A stretch of 64,000 bases of DNA from Cyanobacteriota bacterium (GTDB lineage: Bacteria > Cyanobacteriota > Cyanobacteriia > Cyanobacteriales > Nostocaceae): the NCBI GenBank assembly GCA_046045965.1, contig JBJOKS010000001.1, positions 96,001 to 160,000 on the forward strand, written 5' to 3'. Positions within the stretch are counted from its first letter, which is position 1; the number at the start of each line of letters is the position of its first letter. The translations under genes were made by a program, and so were the position numbers. Positions 40,726 to 51,395 of this stretch are shown here, in pieces. Below the pieces are notes generated by a model. The model worked only from the letters and a program-made list of their open reading frames with translations, made no database searches and was not told the DNA's origin.

Positions 40726-42444
40726 CTAGTAATAGTTTCCTACTTTGCGATGACGTACTGCTGTGACTGCTTCAGCTTTGGAAACTCTTCCATCTTCAAC
40801 GATGCAATATAAAATCCAATGATCGCTACATTCCATGCTGCTGACTACTTCACATTCCATGTATGCGAGTGCATCGGTTAAAATTGGTGAACCATTTTTA
40901 GCAGTTTGGGTTTTTACTCCTGCAAATCTATCCGCACCGGGATGTAAACGCTTGAGGAAATGTTTTTTCAGGTCTTGATAGTTTCCTTCTTCGAGAACAT
41001 TAAGAACAAAGCGATCGCCTATTTGTAATAAGTTATCAATCGCTCGATCTTTGGCTACAGCAATTGTGAATCCTAATGGCTGTAAACTAGCTTGTGTCAC
41101 CCAAGAAGCTATCATTGCACCGCTAACATCACCTTTTTTAGCAGTGACAATATATAACCCACTACTAATTCTCCCTAACGCTTTTTCCATGTTCACGTCG
41201 AGAGATTTGATTTGTTTGATGTTGCGTTCTCGCACCACCAATTGTCCTAATTCTTTACCTGCTTCTTCACAATTTTTATAAATTGATTCACCAGGAATTT
41301 CTTTGATCCGAATTGCTGGAAATGCTTCTTTAATTCCTAAGTCAATAAATTTGCGACGTAGGGTATCAATGGGTTCATCATCACCACCATAGGATTCAAA
41401 TAGTCCTACTACTTGCTTATTTTTGGCGACAGATAATAATGAACTAATTCCAGCTTGTGCCACAATAGAAGAAGTAGGTGGCATTCCCATAATTAAACCA
41501 GATGCTCTACCTGCTAATTCTTGAATTTCTTGCAATTCTGCTGTGTTAAGATCAATTACTTCTACTCCCACACCAGCTTTTTGCAAACCATCACCAATTG
41601 CATGAGCTAATTGATCACTATAACCATAACCGGAAACATAAAACAAACCAATTACAGTTTCTGCTTTGGCTTGTCTTTGACTCCAATTTTGATAATACTC
41701 GGTTAAAACATCAAGGTGATGGTATAGTAATGGTCCGTGTCCATTAGCAATAATTTGAATTTTGCCTAAATCACCCATTCTCTTCATTGCATTCAATAAA
41801 GAACGAGCATTGGGTCCCATTAAGCAATCATAATAAAACCGAAAATCGGCTTCAATTGCTTCTAAATCTTCATCAAATGTGCGACTATCACAAAAGTGCA
41901 TTCCAAACGCATCACAAGTGTAAAGGATTTGGGTTTTGCGATCAAAGCTGAAGATAGTATCAGGCCAGTGTAAATTTGGCGCACTAACAAATTCTATTTC
42001 ATGTCCTGTACCAATATTTATGCGATCGCCACTTTTAACGATTCGTTTGGAAAAAGGATCATGTACCAAACCTTCCAAAAATTGCAATGCTACTTTGGAA
42101 GCTAAAACAGTCGCTCTCGGTGCTAACTGTAATACGTCTTCTACTAAACCACTATGATCTGGTTCGGTGTGACTGACAATTATATAATCAATTGTCTTAG
42201 GGTTAACAAGTCCTTTCAGAGTGTCTAAATACAATTGACGAAACTTCTGATGAGAAGTATCAATCAAAACAGTTTGTTCACCCCTAATTAAATAGGAATT
42301 ATAGGTTGTACCATTTTGCAATCCAAATTCTATATCAAAGCGATCGCGATCCCAGTCAAGAGAACGAATCGCTGTAGTATTAGGGGCAATTTCTACAGTT
42401 TGTATAGTTAACCTTGGTTCAATTTTCTCTGAGATCGCTACCAT
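40726..42444 (-). CDS. flv3: Flavodiiron protein, Flv3 type (probably the heterocyst Flv3B)
   Basis: HTEPDH, LHWPD, CDAFG, GHG; flavodoxin and flavin reductase domains. Confidence 0.88.
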   Translation of the reverse strand: MVAISEKIEPRLTIQTVEIAPNTTAIRSLDWDRDRFDIEFGLQNGTTYNSYLIRGEQTVLIDTSHQKFRQLYLDTLKGLVNPKTIDYIIVSHTEPDHSGLVEDVLQLAPRATVLASKVALQFLEGLVHDPFSKRIVKSGDRINIGTGHEIEFVSAPNLHWPDTIFSFDRKTQILYTCDAFGMHFCDSRTFDEDLEAIEADFRFYYDCLMGPNARSLLNAMKRMGDLGKIQIIANGHGPLLYHHLDVLTEYYQNWSQRQAKAETVIGLFYVSGYGYSDQLAHAIGDGLQKAGVGVEVIDLNTAELQEIQELAGRASGLIMGMPPTSSIVAQAGISSLLSVAKNKQVVGLFESYGGDDEPIDTLRRKFIDLGIKEAFPAIRIKEIPGESIYKNCEEAGKELGQLVVRERNIKQIKSLDVNMEKALGRISSGLYIVTAKKGDVSGAMIASWVTQASLQPLGFTIAVAKDRAIDNLLQIGDRFVLNVLEEGNYQDLKKHFLKRLHPGADRFAGVKTQTAKNGSPILTDALAYMECEVVSSMECSDHWILYCIVEDGRVSKAEAVTAVRHRKVGNYY

Positions 42445-42840
42445 GATTCGTCTCCGAGTCCAAATAATATTTTCTTCTCCCCACCATTTTCTTCCTAAAT
42501 TCTTTTTAAAGCTGTAATCAAGAATATATTTCGATAAATTGAACTTGTATTAATTAATGCAGTTTTTTAGCATATTTTCTAACTAGGAAAATACACTAAT
42601 TATTAATTATGTCAAAGGCAATACGGTTTAAATATTTATTTTTCTTGGCATAATTTAAAATCCCTAAATCATTATACATATCCTTTGATTTCTTGACAAA
42701 GAATTCGTTATAAAAAAAGGATCGATATAGTATTTCCTAATCAAATGATATGTATCATAGCCCCCTCCTGGCTTGCGGGTAGGGGGTTAGGATTCTATTT
42801 TGACATTTTTACAGTTAGTTCTGAAATCATTAATTAAATT

Positions 42841-45606
42841 CTATTCATGTTGAGTCCAAGCTTTAACGCCTTCAATTAAAATACCAGCAGGAGCAAATAT
42901 CACCTTTACTGTTTCAATACCGACTGCTGTTGCAACTCTACGTAAACGTATTTTTAGATTTGGATAATTTTTTATCGCTTGTTCAATCACTTGTTTATCT
43001 TTAAGTACAGGATGATTATCAACAGCTTGATTAACAATTAACTCAGCTTCGATTGGTGTTGGTTTATTTTGTTCTATTTGTTCAAGCAATTTTTGAATTA
43101 CTGTTTCTACTTCAGCAATATTTTGTGCTGATGGATAATTGTTTTGAGTGCCAATGCTATCGCCTTCAACATTTCCTGCAACACTGCTACCAGTAATAGG
43201 TGCATTAAAATTCATTTGTACTTTAGGATTTTCTGACATGATTTTAAGAGTTTGATTGAGTGTGTTTATAGAATCAGTTAATGAATCGGTGTTAATCTCC
43301 TCTTCCAAAGGGGGAGAAGTTGCAATTATATAATTATAATATTCGCAGCGCCCTTGAATTGCTGAAATGACTTCCAGAAAGTTGTCCAGAGAATCATTGA
43401 TTTCTGTTTTTAATAAACATAGAGACAAATAAGGCAGGAAATTACAAGTACCAATATCTCTTATAGCACTGAAGGCATTTATACTTGTCCAAGAGTCTTC
43501 ATCATCTAAACGTTCAATTATGGCATTAATTATATCATCACTATTTCCCTTATCTTTTAGCCAATAAACAGCATCACGGCGAATACTAGGATCTTCACTT
43601 GTTAATGCCTCTTTTAGATAATCAATACTCTTGGTTTCATGATTATATTTGTTACCACTATAAGCATAGCTAATTAATCTGGGTATTTGTCTAGGGATAG
43701 GAAAAATATTATCACCCCACACACTGTTATAAATTTCCCGATTAAGGTGAAAATTTTTTTGTGCCAAATACCTATCTAACTCAGAAATCTTCTGTTTATT
43801 CGTGATTTTTCCTAATACATAAAGTGATCTAGACTTGACGAAAACATCTTGATATTCCAAATTTTCGATTAAAGTAGGAATTGCAAGTTCACTATTAATT
43901 TTCTCGAAAGCATAAATTACTTGAATGCGAACCATTTGACTATCATCATTTGCCACTTGTAATAAGTAAGGAATAATTATATCAGTGCCAATAGCTTCTA
44001 AAGCATTAACCGATTTTCCTCTAATTGATTCTTCTTTATCATTTAAAGCCTTATCTAAAACAGGAATAGTTTCTTCAGTTCCTATTTTTTCTAGTGCTTC
44101 AGCTGCAAACCAACGAATCATTATATTTTCATCATCTAGAAAATTTGCAATAAGAGGAATTGCATCATTTGATCGTGTAATTCCTAGAAGTTTAAGTTTT
44201 AGTGAAGCGAGAATGTTTTGTTGATTGATTAAGCTAATAGTTGCTTTCTGAATATCTGGCTTAACTGCTCCTGCCAACTTCGCACCCAAGAATAAATCAA
44301 CATCTAAAGCTAAACTCACTATTTCGACCGCCTTTTTGTCTTTTACTTCAGGCAATGCTAACATCAAAGATAAAGGTTCTGTCCACTTCAAATAATTCAG
44401 ATAATAATATTTCAACTGCTCAGGACTAATTTGGTCAAGTCGTTGCAGCAGACTTTCTGCGGCATAATATTCCTGAAGTAATTGATGACAAAATTCAATT
44501 TCGTCATTTTGAGGATTGCGTTGAATTAAGTGGTGCTTTAGCAAATCTTTTAGACAAATCTTCGCTAAACTTGCTGGTAACTCGTCCTTGCCTTGTAGAA
44601 ATTCTCCAAAATTTTTTTCTGCTTCTTTTTCAGAAATGCTCAAACGAAAATCTATAGGTTTATCAGCTTGCATCATTTCAAAAGCCAGATGTTCCAATAA
44701 ACCAGACCACCAGCGACGGGACTTTTCGGTAACTGGGACATCATCTTTAGAATTACGTTCATATAACTGGGTAAACTTCCGCAATGCCTCTCCGCTACTT
44801 AAAGGTACATCTTGCGTTTTCTGAAATATGAAATACAGCATCCACATTATTAGCGGCGTTTGTCCCAATTCTCGCAAGCGATCGCGTAATTGTTGTAAAA
44901 TTTCCCTAGTCTGCCCTGGCATACAATCATCAATAAATCGCTGCACCTCACAATTTGACAGGGGTTGCATTTCCAATTTCTTTTCAATCCCCAAATCATA
45001 GCCACCATCTCTTGTGGTGAATATCATGGGTGTATCAGAGTTATCCCGACAGAAAAGTTTGATATTTGTCCGAGCATTATCGTCAGGTAATTCGTTAATA
45101 CCATCCATTAACAACAAAAATTGCCCCTCGAATAATAAGTCTTCTAATGTAGAAATATCCAAACGTAACTTGTGTCGTTTCAGAAAAGCTTGCACTAAAT
45201 CCAGGACTGAAGTTTTGTAATAATCTTTGTAATATCGCAACTCCACCAACACAGGAATCTGGCTTTGCTGATTTTGAAGTGCTTCTTTAGCTGATTCCAC
45301 CAACAACCGCGCTAAAGTCGTCGATTTACCTGCACCTGGACGACCTATCAACAACACAGATTCGTTGGCAGCATACTTACGCAATTCCTCCAAAACTGAG
45401 AGACGTTCTGGTTTTTCAGAAATTTCATTTTGTCGTTGTCTTGGCTCAATTATCTGCGCCATCAAGCCAAAATCAAACAGTGAGGATACATTTTCTCCAT
45501 CTGCTTTTTGCAAATCTACGGTATTTGTTAGTTTATCTACTAGGCTCCACCACTGTTGATACTTCCTGCAAATAGATTCTAGATATCTCTGAAAATCAAT
45601 GCTCAT
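42841..45606 (-). CDS. NACHT NTPase with HEAT repeats and a C-terminal helical domain
   Basis: Walker A GRPGAGKST, Walker B LLMDGINE, FTTR, TPL, FCHQLLQEYYAA; HEAT-like repeats (IRWFAAEALEKIG). Confidence 0.88.
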   Translation of the reverse strand: MSIDFQRYLESICRKYQQWWSLVDKLTNTVDLQKADGENVSSLFDFGLMAQIIEPRQRQNEISEKPERLSVLEELRKYAANESVLLIGRPGAGKSTTLARLLVESAKEALQNQQSQIPVLVELRYYKDYYKTSVLDLVQAFLKRHKLRLDISTLEDLLFEGQFLLLMDGINELPDDNARTNIKLFCRDNSDTPMIFTTRDGGYDLGIEKKLEMQPLSNCEVQRFIDDCMPGQTREILQQLRDRLRELGQTPLIMWMLYFIFQKTQDVPLSSGEALRKFTQLYERNSKDDVPVTEKSRRWWSGLLEHLAFEMMQADKPIDFRLSISEKEAEKNFGEFLQGKDELPASLAKICLKDLLKHHLIQRNPQNDEIEFCHQLLQEYYAAESLLQRLDQISPEQLKYYYLNYLKWTEPLSLMLALPEVKDKKAVEIVSLALDVDLFLGAKLAGAVKPDIQKATISLINQQNILASLKLKLLGITRSNDAIPLIANFLDDENIMIRWFAAEALEKIGTEETIPVLDKALNDKEESIRGKSVNALEAIGTDIIIPYLLQVANDDSQMVRIQVIYAFEKINSELAIPTLIENLEYQDVFVKSRSLYVLGKITNKQKISELDRYLAQKNFHLNREIYNSVWGDNIFPIPRQIPRLISYAYSGNKYNHETKSIDYLKEALTSEDPSIRRDAVYWLKDKGNSDDIINAIIERLDDEDSWTSINAFSAIRDIGTCNFLPYLSLCLLKTEINDSLDNFLEVISAIQGRCEYYNYIIATSPPLEEEINTDSLTDSINTLNQTLKIMSENPKVQMNFNAPITGSSVAGNVEGDSIGTQNNYPSAQNIAEVETVIQKLLEQIEQNKPTPIEAELIVNQAVDNHPVLKDKQVIEQAIKNYPNLKIRLRRVATAVGIETVKVIFAPAGILIEGVKAWTQHE

Positions 45607-45680
45607 ACATCGACGATAGGAAGGTAGGCGCTGTTTTCTATGTTACTCGATAAAATAAGCTGTTCCGCATTTAAACTGTA

Positions 45681-45758
45681 TAACTTAAATAAGTCTAACT
45701 CTTGTGGGGTGGGCATCCCTGCCCGCCCTAATATTTAAATTAGATGAGTTTTAGCTTA
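45681..45758. repeat. Dispersed REP-like repeat, family B (second copy at 56749-56827)
   Basis: TAACTTAAA..GTCTAACT..TTGTGGGGTGGGCATCCCTGCCCGCCCTAATATTTAAATTAGATGA..TTTAGCTTA in both copies. Confidence 0.85.
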
Positions 45759-45831
45759 ACTGTTGATTCACCCTCAAAAACAAAATCCACCCACACATAA
45801 AAGTGTAAGTGGACTTGTTAATCATTTAAAA

Positions 45832-46219
45832 TGGAGCTTATGGGAGTTGAACCCATGTCCAAATTGGGTATTAACCCACCGCTCGTTCACAGGTTTAGCC
45901 TTTCTGACCCTCAAGGCGGGAATCGTTCATTATCCCGAACGTAGGATGCTCTGATTTAATCTTAGTCAGCAAGCCAACCAGAGAACGCTTACTGAAGCAT
46001 CCGTTGGGGTTAGGTCTCTAGTCCTTAACGGAGTCAAACTGGAGACGCTCGAACCTAAAAGAGGTTTCTTAGGCAGCTACTAGAGCTTCCCGACGAGCAA
46101 ATTTTACGATATTGTTCGCATTTACTTTTTTTTCGAGTCTTTGATTTCCGAGAGGAGACTCGCTCTCGACCTGAATCACAGAGAAGCTTTCGCCAACCTG
46201 TCGAAACCGTTAAAGCCCC
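45832..46219 (-). ncRNA. ssrA: tmRNA
   Basis: 5' GGGGCTTTAACGGTTTCGAC; tag ORF ANNIVKFARREALVAA*; 3' GGGTTCAACTCCCATAAGCTCCA. Confidence 0.96.
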
Positions 46220-46330
46220 ATGCGCTTTATATTTTTATTATAGTATGCCGTTTTGAAAATGTGTTGCCTAACAGAAAAAATTTTATTGTCATTGGTCATT
46301 AGTCATTAGTTGTTTCTTCCCCTGCTTTCT

Positions 46331-46378
46331 GTCCCCAGTCCCCAGTCCCCAGTCCCCAGTCCCCAGTCCCCAGTCCCC
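46331..46378. repeat. Short tandem heptamer repeat (CCCCAGT)n, STRR type
   Basis: About 7 tandem units. Confidence 0.9.
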
Positions 46379-48033
46379 TAAGATAGCGATACCTTGTATT
46401 TATTGCCTTTTTGCTGGATCTGTAAGGAAGTGCAAGATTGCAAAAATTTGATAAAACTACCACTAATCTGTAAATCTTTCATTTGCTTGGTGATGGGTTT
46501 ACCATATTTTTGATTAAATTTAATACCTAAAATCCCGATATCAATATAGCTGTTCTTAACTTCCTGTGTTAATTCTGTCAGAATCATCTTTAGTGTTTGT
46601 TCTAAATCAGCAGCAGAATTAATATTAGATGATACAACAGATGCTTGAGTGTGAGAATCAGATTTACTTACTTCCCATTTATTATCTTTGAGTTGAATTT
46701 GGAAATAACTACAAGACTGCAAAAACTTGACAAATGTACCACCTATCTGTAATTCTTTCAGCTGCTCAGTGATGGGTTTACCATATTTTTGCTTAAATTT
46801 ACTGGCTAAAACAGTAATATCAAAATTGCTATGTTTGGATTCTTTGATTAATTCTTCCAGAATTTGCTTGAGGACTGCTTCTAAATCTAGCTGGGAAGTA
46901 ATAGTAGATAATGAATTAGATTTGATGCTGTTGACTGTTTCCGATTTGTCAATCTCTTTATGCTGAACTAGACTATGTTCAAAGAGTGTTATATATAATT
47001 CTCCCACATCATCAATTTGATGAATGACAAAATCCGCTGGATAGTTAATAAATATATCTTTCGCTCTTTTACCAGGTAAATATTTAGCAACGATATTGCT
47101 AATATTCAAGTGATATTTAATTTTATATAATTTAGAAAGTTGGGAAAGTTTAATCCAATAACTAGCTGTTTGCTTTTGTTCTTCTTTGATTAAATTTTTG
47201 ATTTGGAGAATGAATTGATCAAGAGATGGTACTTCTGGTAATGGTTTAATGCTATGGATGGTCGTTTCACCTGTAGAATTATTGAAGATATTGATATTTT
47301 CCCCATGCTGACTGACTTGATATACTGTTAAACCATGCTGTTGTAAATTGTTGCATAAATTAGTCATGACCTTATCTGAAGAGCATACAAAAACTTCTTT
47401 AGCATTGGGATAAAGTTCATGAATTGATGCACCAAAAGCAATCATTTTTCCATCTGCATTATCTCTACCTGCGGGGACATGAATCAAATCATAACCACGT
47501 TCATGTAATTCTACATCTAGCTTGCCTCGATTACTCCAATTAGCAAAGGCAATTTTCACTTGAATCGGACATTTACAAATAGTGGCTAAAAATTTTTCTG
47601 TGTTGTTGTTAAGTTGTAAGTTTTCCGCATCTAAAAGTAAAACCGCAATTCCTGCTGACATTAAAGGAGGAAGAAATGTGGAATTGAAGGAGCTATTTAA
47701 CTCAGATATAATAGGATTGTGTTGATGAATTTCAGCAATTAATTCTGCTAAAATTGGTAAATTTAAAGCTTCAGGAACTAGAAACGCCTTCAGGTATAAT
47801 TGCAGCTTTTTTACTAAGTCCTCCCTACTTTGAGTTTGACTGAGTAATGCTGTAAATTTAGCACTCAAAGCAGATTGATTAGATGTCTTTTGCCACTGAA
47901 CTTTTCTGTACTTTTCCATTAATAATTCTGGCTGCTGTTGTTGAATAGTCACGATGGCTTGGCAGACCTGAGAGACTATTTTGTTGAACAGGGCAGAATC
48001 AGAGGTAGTCAGCGATCGCTCATGATTTGACAT
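46378..48033 (-). CDS. NYN-domain protein with OST-HTH/LOTUS repeats
   Basis: LLLDAEN, NADGKM, SSDKVM; repeated F.QKYGKPIT.Q.K.LQI.G.F.KFLQSC. Confidence 0.8.
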   Translation of the reverse strand: MSNHERSLTTSDSALFNKIVSQVCQAIVTIQQQQPELLMEKYRKVQWQKTSNQSALSAKFTALLSQTQSREDLVKKLQLYLKAFLVPEALNLPILAELIAEIHQHNPIISELNSSFNSTFLPPLMSAGIAVLLLDAENLQLNNNTEKFLATICKCPIQVKIAFANWSNRGKLDVELHERGYDLIHVPAGRDNADGKMIAFGASIHELYPNAKEVFVCSSDKVMTNLCNNLQQHGLTVYQVSQHGENINIFNNSTGETTIHSIKPLPEVPSLDQFILQIKNLIKEEQKQTASYWIKLSQLSKLYKIKYHLNISNIVAKYLPGKRAKDIFINYPADFVIHQIDDVGELYITLFEHSLVQHKEIDKSETVNSIKSNSLSTITSQLDLEAVLKQILEELIKESKHSNFDITVLASKFKQKYGKPITEQLKELQIGGTFVKFLQSCSYFQIQLKDNKWEVSKSDSHTQASVVSSNINSAADLEQTLKMILTELTQEVKNSYIDIGILGIKFNQKYGKPITKQMKDLQISGSFIKFLQSCTSLQIQQKGNKYKVSLS

Positions 48034-48157
48034 AACTTACACTGTACAGTAAGGCATCCTGGCTAAAAATACTGAAATCATTCTTCAATATCCTAATTTA
48101 TACCAATTTGGGATTTTAGAGGTGGGAACATCCATCTAGTAGTATAAAAGTGCTAAT

Positions 48158-48466
48158 CTAATGTTGGGGAAATTTCCGTACTTGATATTCACTAAACTCT
48201 GACATTTCATAGGAAAAGCCTAGAGATTGGTCAAATTTTTGCGCGATCGCCTCTAGTTCCGTTTCTGGGATAGCTTTCCACTGTTCCCGACTTTGCCAAT
48301 GCACCACAATCACCACTTCTGTGAGATCATGAGGACTAATCCAAACTTCTTTACCTAAAAACCCTGGATATTTAGCTAACACAGTAGTCCAGCTTTCCTC
48401 ATCCTTCTGGATAAATATTTCCCGCATTTGAGCAGGTATTTTAAACTTAAGTAACTCAATCACCAT
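48158..48466 (-). CDS. ABM-like protein (TIGR03792-type)
   Basis: MVIELLKF...PGFLGKEVW...W.SREQWKAIP. Confidence 0.75.
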   Translation of the reverse strand: MVIELLKFKIPAQMREIFIQKDEESWTTVLAKYPGFLGKEVWISPHDLTEVVIVVHWQSREQWKAIPETELEAIAQKFDQSLGFSYEMSEFSEYQVRKFPQH

Positions 48467-48550
48467 ATTTTCTGATTTTACCTATAAATAAATTTCTCAA
48501 AATCAAGGAAACAGATAACAGTAACAGTTTACACCCAAATTGATTTGGTC

Positions 48551-49582
48551 ATGACTCAAGGAACAACTACTGCAATTGAAGGTATCTATGAAGTTTGTAT
48601 TGGCGTTACAGAGCCAATTTTAGCAATTCAATATTGGCAACAATTTGGTTATCGCATTGGGGAAATAGGAGAATTAACCCCAGAGGTAGCGTATCAATTA
48701 TACGGGGTAAATTCTCCTTTAAAAGCAATTCGTCTTGATCACCAAGATGCAGATCATGGTTTAATCAGATTGATGATTTGGCAAAATCCCACAAATCAAG
48801 GTTTGGGTATCAGTTCCATGAAAGTTAAGGGTAATCGCTGGACTACGGCTTTAACTGCTGATTTATTAGGAATTTTAAACCATGCGGAAACTGCCAGAGC
48901 CGCTGGTGAGACGCTCAGGTATACTTACCCTTACTGGGAAGTCATTTATCAAAAAGAACGCAAAAGCCGTCCCTTTGTCGATCCTGCGGTAGGAGTCAGA
49001 GAAATGCTGCTGCTGCAACCTTTGACGCGACAGGTGTTATTTCAACGCTTTGGTTATATCATGCCCCATTATGGCAAAATCAATCACAATGCAGCTTTGA
49101 ACACCAGCCAGTTTACCCATCTGGGGTTAGTTGTTCAAGACGACAGCAAAGAAACCCTACGGTTTTATGAAGATGTTTTAGGTTTGTTGCGTGTACGGGA
49201 TGATGTGGAAACCAGCTATGAATCTTCTTTTGCAGGTCGAGATTTTTTTGACCTCCAACCAGGGGAAAAGTTTATAGTCACTGCTTTTGATGATCCTCGT
49301 TCTTCTCGCACTAATTTAATGGCAGCACGCAGTGGTAGACTTTATATTGTCCGCTTTCCAGAGCATATCCCCTTAGAATCACGTTTTACATTTGCTCAAC
49401 CGGGAAGTTTAGGAATGTGCCTTTACACCTACCGCGTTCAGGAAATAGAAACGTATTTTGACAGGATTCGGGAAAGTAATGTACAGAAATTTACTAATAT
49501 TGTAAATAATGAATTTGGGGAAATGAGTTTTTCTTTTGTTGCCCCAGATGGCTATTTCTGGACTTTGGTAGAAAAAAAGTAA
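48551..49582 (+). CDS. VOC/glyoxalase-family protein
   Basis: FYEDVLGL, FVAPDGYFW. Confidence 0.7.
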   Translation: MTQGTTTAIEGIYEVCIGVTEPILAIQYWQQFGYRIGEIGELTPEVAYQLYGVNSPLKAIRLDHQDADHGLIRLMIWQNPTNQGLGISSMKVKGNRWTTALTADLLGILNHAETARAAGETLRYTYPYWEVIYQKERKSRPFVDPAVGVREMLLLQPLTRQVLFQRFGYIMPHYGKINHNAALNTSQFTHLGLVVQDDSKETLRFYEDVLGLLRVRDDVETSYESSFAGRDFFDLQPGEKFIVTAFDDPRSSRTNLMAARSGRLYIVRFPEHIPLESRFTFAQPGSLGMCLYTYRVQEIETYFDRIRESNVQKFTNIVNNEFGEMSFSFVAPDGYFWTLVEKK

Positions 49583-49583
49583 T

Positions 49584-49637
<54 letters not shown>

Positions 49638-49813
49638 AAGGCAGAAGCTATCCATAATTCTGACTTTTGAGTGATTACTGAGCGAAGTCGTTCACGGAGC
49701 GTGGCCTTAGCCATAGAATTGACTTTGGACTTGATTTATCTCCCTATCTCCCCTGTTCCCTGTTCCCTGTTCCCTGTTCCCTAATATAAAAATCAGGAGA
49801 AAAAATACAATAT

Positions 49814-50629
49814 ATGGTAGCCCACATCCAAGAAATTGATGCCCAACAATGGGTAAAAACTCGTTCTTCTCTCGATGCTAATGAATCTACTTTTCTGGTT
49901 TGGACTGGTAAAATTTATAGCTTTGTCCCTGGGGAAAAGCGACAATTATTATTTAAAATCATTGGCATGAGCGTCAGTCGGTGTATTCTCACTGCTGAAG
50001 GTCGTTGGGATTTTACTTCTAGAGAACTGACTTATTACCTCAACCCAGAGACTGATGAAATTTTGCGAAAATGGGAAAATCCTTGGACTGGTGAAACTGT
50101 CTCAGTGATGCACGTTGCTAATAGTCCGGTACAAGGTAAATTTAAAGGTAAATTGCCTGTGGAAGTAGAAGGTGAAAATACTACCTTTGTCTTTGATCTG
50201 TTTCCCCATTATCCCAATCCTTTGGCAGAAGATCCGCAGTTTGCGCCATATTGTCCGTCTCCAATTTATCAAGCGGCTGAGTTGTTTAAAATTACTGTTC
50301 CTAGCGCCGATTTGCTAAATTCGGAACTGAATTCTGTGACGGAACTAAAATTAAGTTGGGATAGAATTGGTCAATGGTTGCCTTGGATGAAGATGGGAGA
50401 ACAGCCTGGACAACTTATCTATAGTGCTACTGGTAGTAAGGTGGGCGGTTTTACGGAGTTACCCCCTCTGCTACAAGCGGAAATTAATAACCGCCTTCCT
50501 TTGTATAAGCAAGCGCCAACTGCTTTTCTGGATGGTGAAGATATGACTTCTTGGTTGTATTTCCAAAAGCATTTTCCGGCTTATTTGGCTGGGGAAGTTT
50601 TTCCTTTACTAGCACCGGAGGAAGGTTAG
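49814..50629 (+). CDS. DUF1838-family protein
   Basis: W.G.IY..VPGEK...LF...G...SREL.YY..P...W.NPWTGE...H.AN; WLPWM.MG. Confidence 0.7.
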   Translation: MVAHIQEIDAQQWVKTRSSLDANESTFLVWTGKIYSFVPGEKRQLLFKIIGMSVSRCILTAEGRWDFTSRELTYYLNPETDEILRKWENPWTGETVSVMHVANSPVQGKFKGKLPVEVEGENTTFVFDLFPHYPNPLAEDPQFAPYCPSPIYQAAELFKITVPSADLLNSELNSVTELKLSWDRIGQWLPWMKMGEQPGQLIYSATGSKVGGFTELPPLLQAEINNRLPLYKQAPTAFLDGEDMTSWLYFQKHFPAYLAGEVFPLLAPEEG

Positions 50630-50788
50630 CACCGCAGGGCGGAAGTCAAAAGTTAAAAGTCAAAAGTCAAAACTGATACAGCGTAAGCTTTTGAGAGATT
50701 TGAAATACGAGCAAAAGTCAAACAGTTTTTCAGGTTTTGAACGATTCTCAAATTCCCCTCCTGACTTCTGACTCCTGACTCCTAACCT

Positions 50789-51181
50789 TTAAAACTTCCG
50801 CATCCCATGACTAACGGGATCAAAACCCCTAGAAAAGCGCGTGCTGTCATCATAACAAGCACCCTTCAAATTCGCGCCATAGAGCTTCGTATTGTGAAGT
50901 CTAGCACCCCGAAGATTTGCTTCACAAAGATTAACACCGCACAAATTAGCCCTAGTCAAATTAGCATTTGCTAAATTGGATCTACTCAAATCAGCACCCC
51001 AAAGTTTAGCTTTAGCGAGATTAGCATCAGTTAAATCTGCTCCCCACAAATTGATTCCAGGTAAATAGGCATCAATCAACTTGATTCCAATTAACTGAGC
51101 AGATAGAAAATATCTCTCTCCAGCGGCGTAGCGTCGTTTAATATCCTCAGCATCCATTTGTATTTCACTGCCTTCGATCAC
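50789..51181 (-). CDS. Pentapeptide-repeat protein
   Basis: A(D/N)Lxx repeats. Confidence 0.9.
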   Translation of the reverse strand: MIEGSEIQMDAEDIKRRYAAGERYFLSAQLIGIKLIDAYLPGINLWGADLTDANLAKAKLWGADLSRSNLANANLTRANLCGVNLCEANLRGARLHNTKLYGANLKGACYDDSTRFSRGFDPVSHGMRKF

Positions 51182-51381
51182 AAAACAGCGATTTCTACTT
51201 CTACTTCTGATTTAACCACAAAAACAGCCAAACCGCTATCTACTTCCTGCCGCTGGTCCTGTATTTTCCCATCATTACCAGTACCATTAAAAACAAACAA
51301 CTTGATACCAGAAAAATAACGCTTATTTCTTTATACACGAAAAAGCGCCAGAGTCCTTTTCGCTTACTCAGGCGCTCTCCC

Positions 51382-51395
51382 GTATAACTTTATAC
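51382..51395. promoter_or_regulatory. Putative NtcA-binding site
   Basis: GTA-TAACTTTA-TAC fits GTAN8TAC and is nearly palindromic. Confidence 0.5.

Noticed and set aside
42445..45832. Integrative element at the tmRNA 3' end
   Set aside because: I saw no integrase and no duplicated ssrA 3' end (att site).
45763..45954. 63-aa plus-strand ORF
   Set aside because: It is antisense to the tmRNA 3' end.
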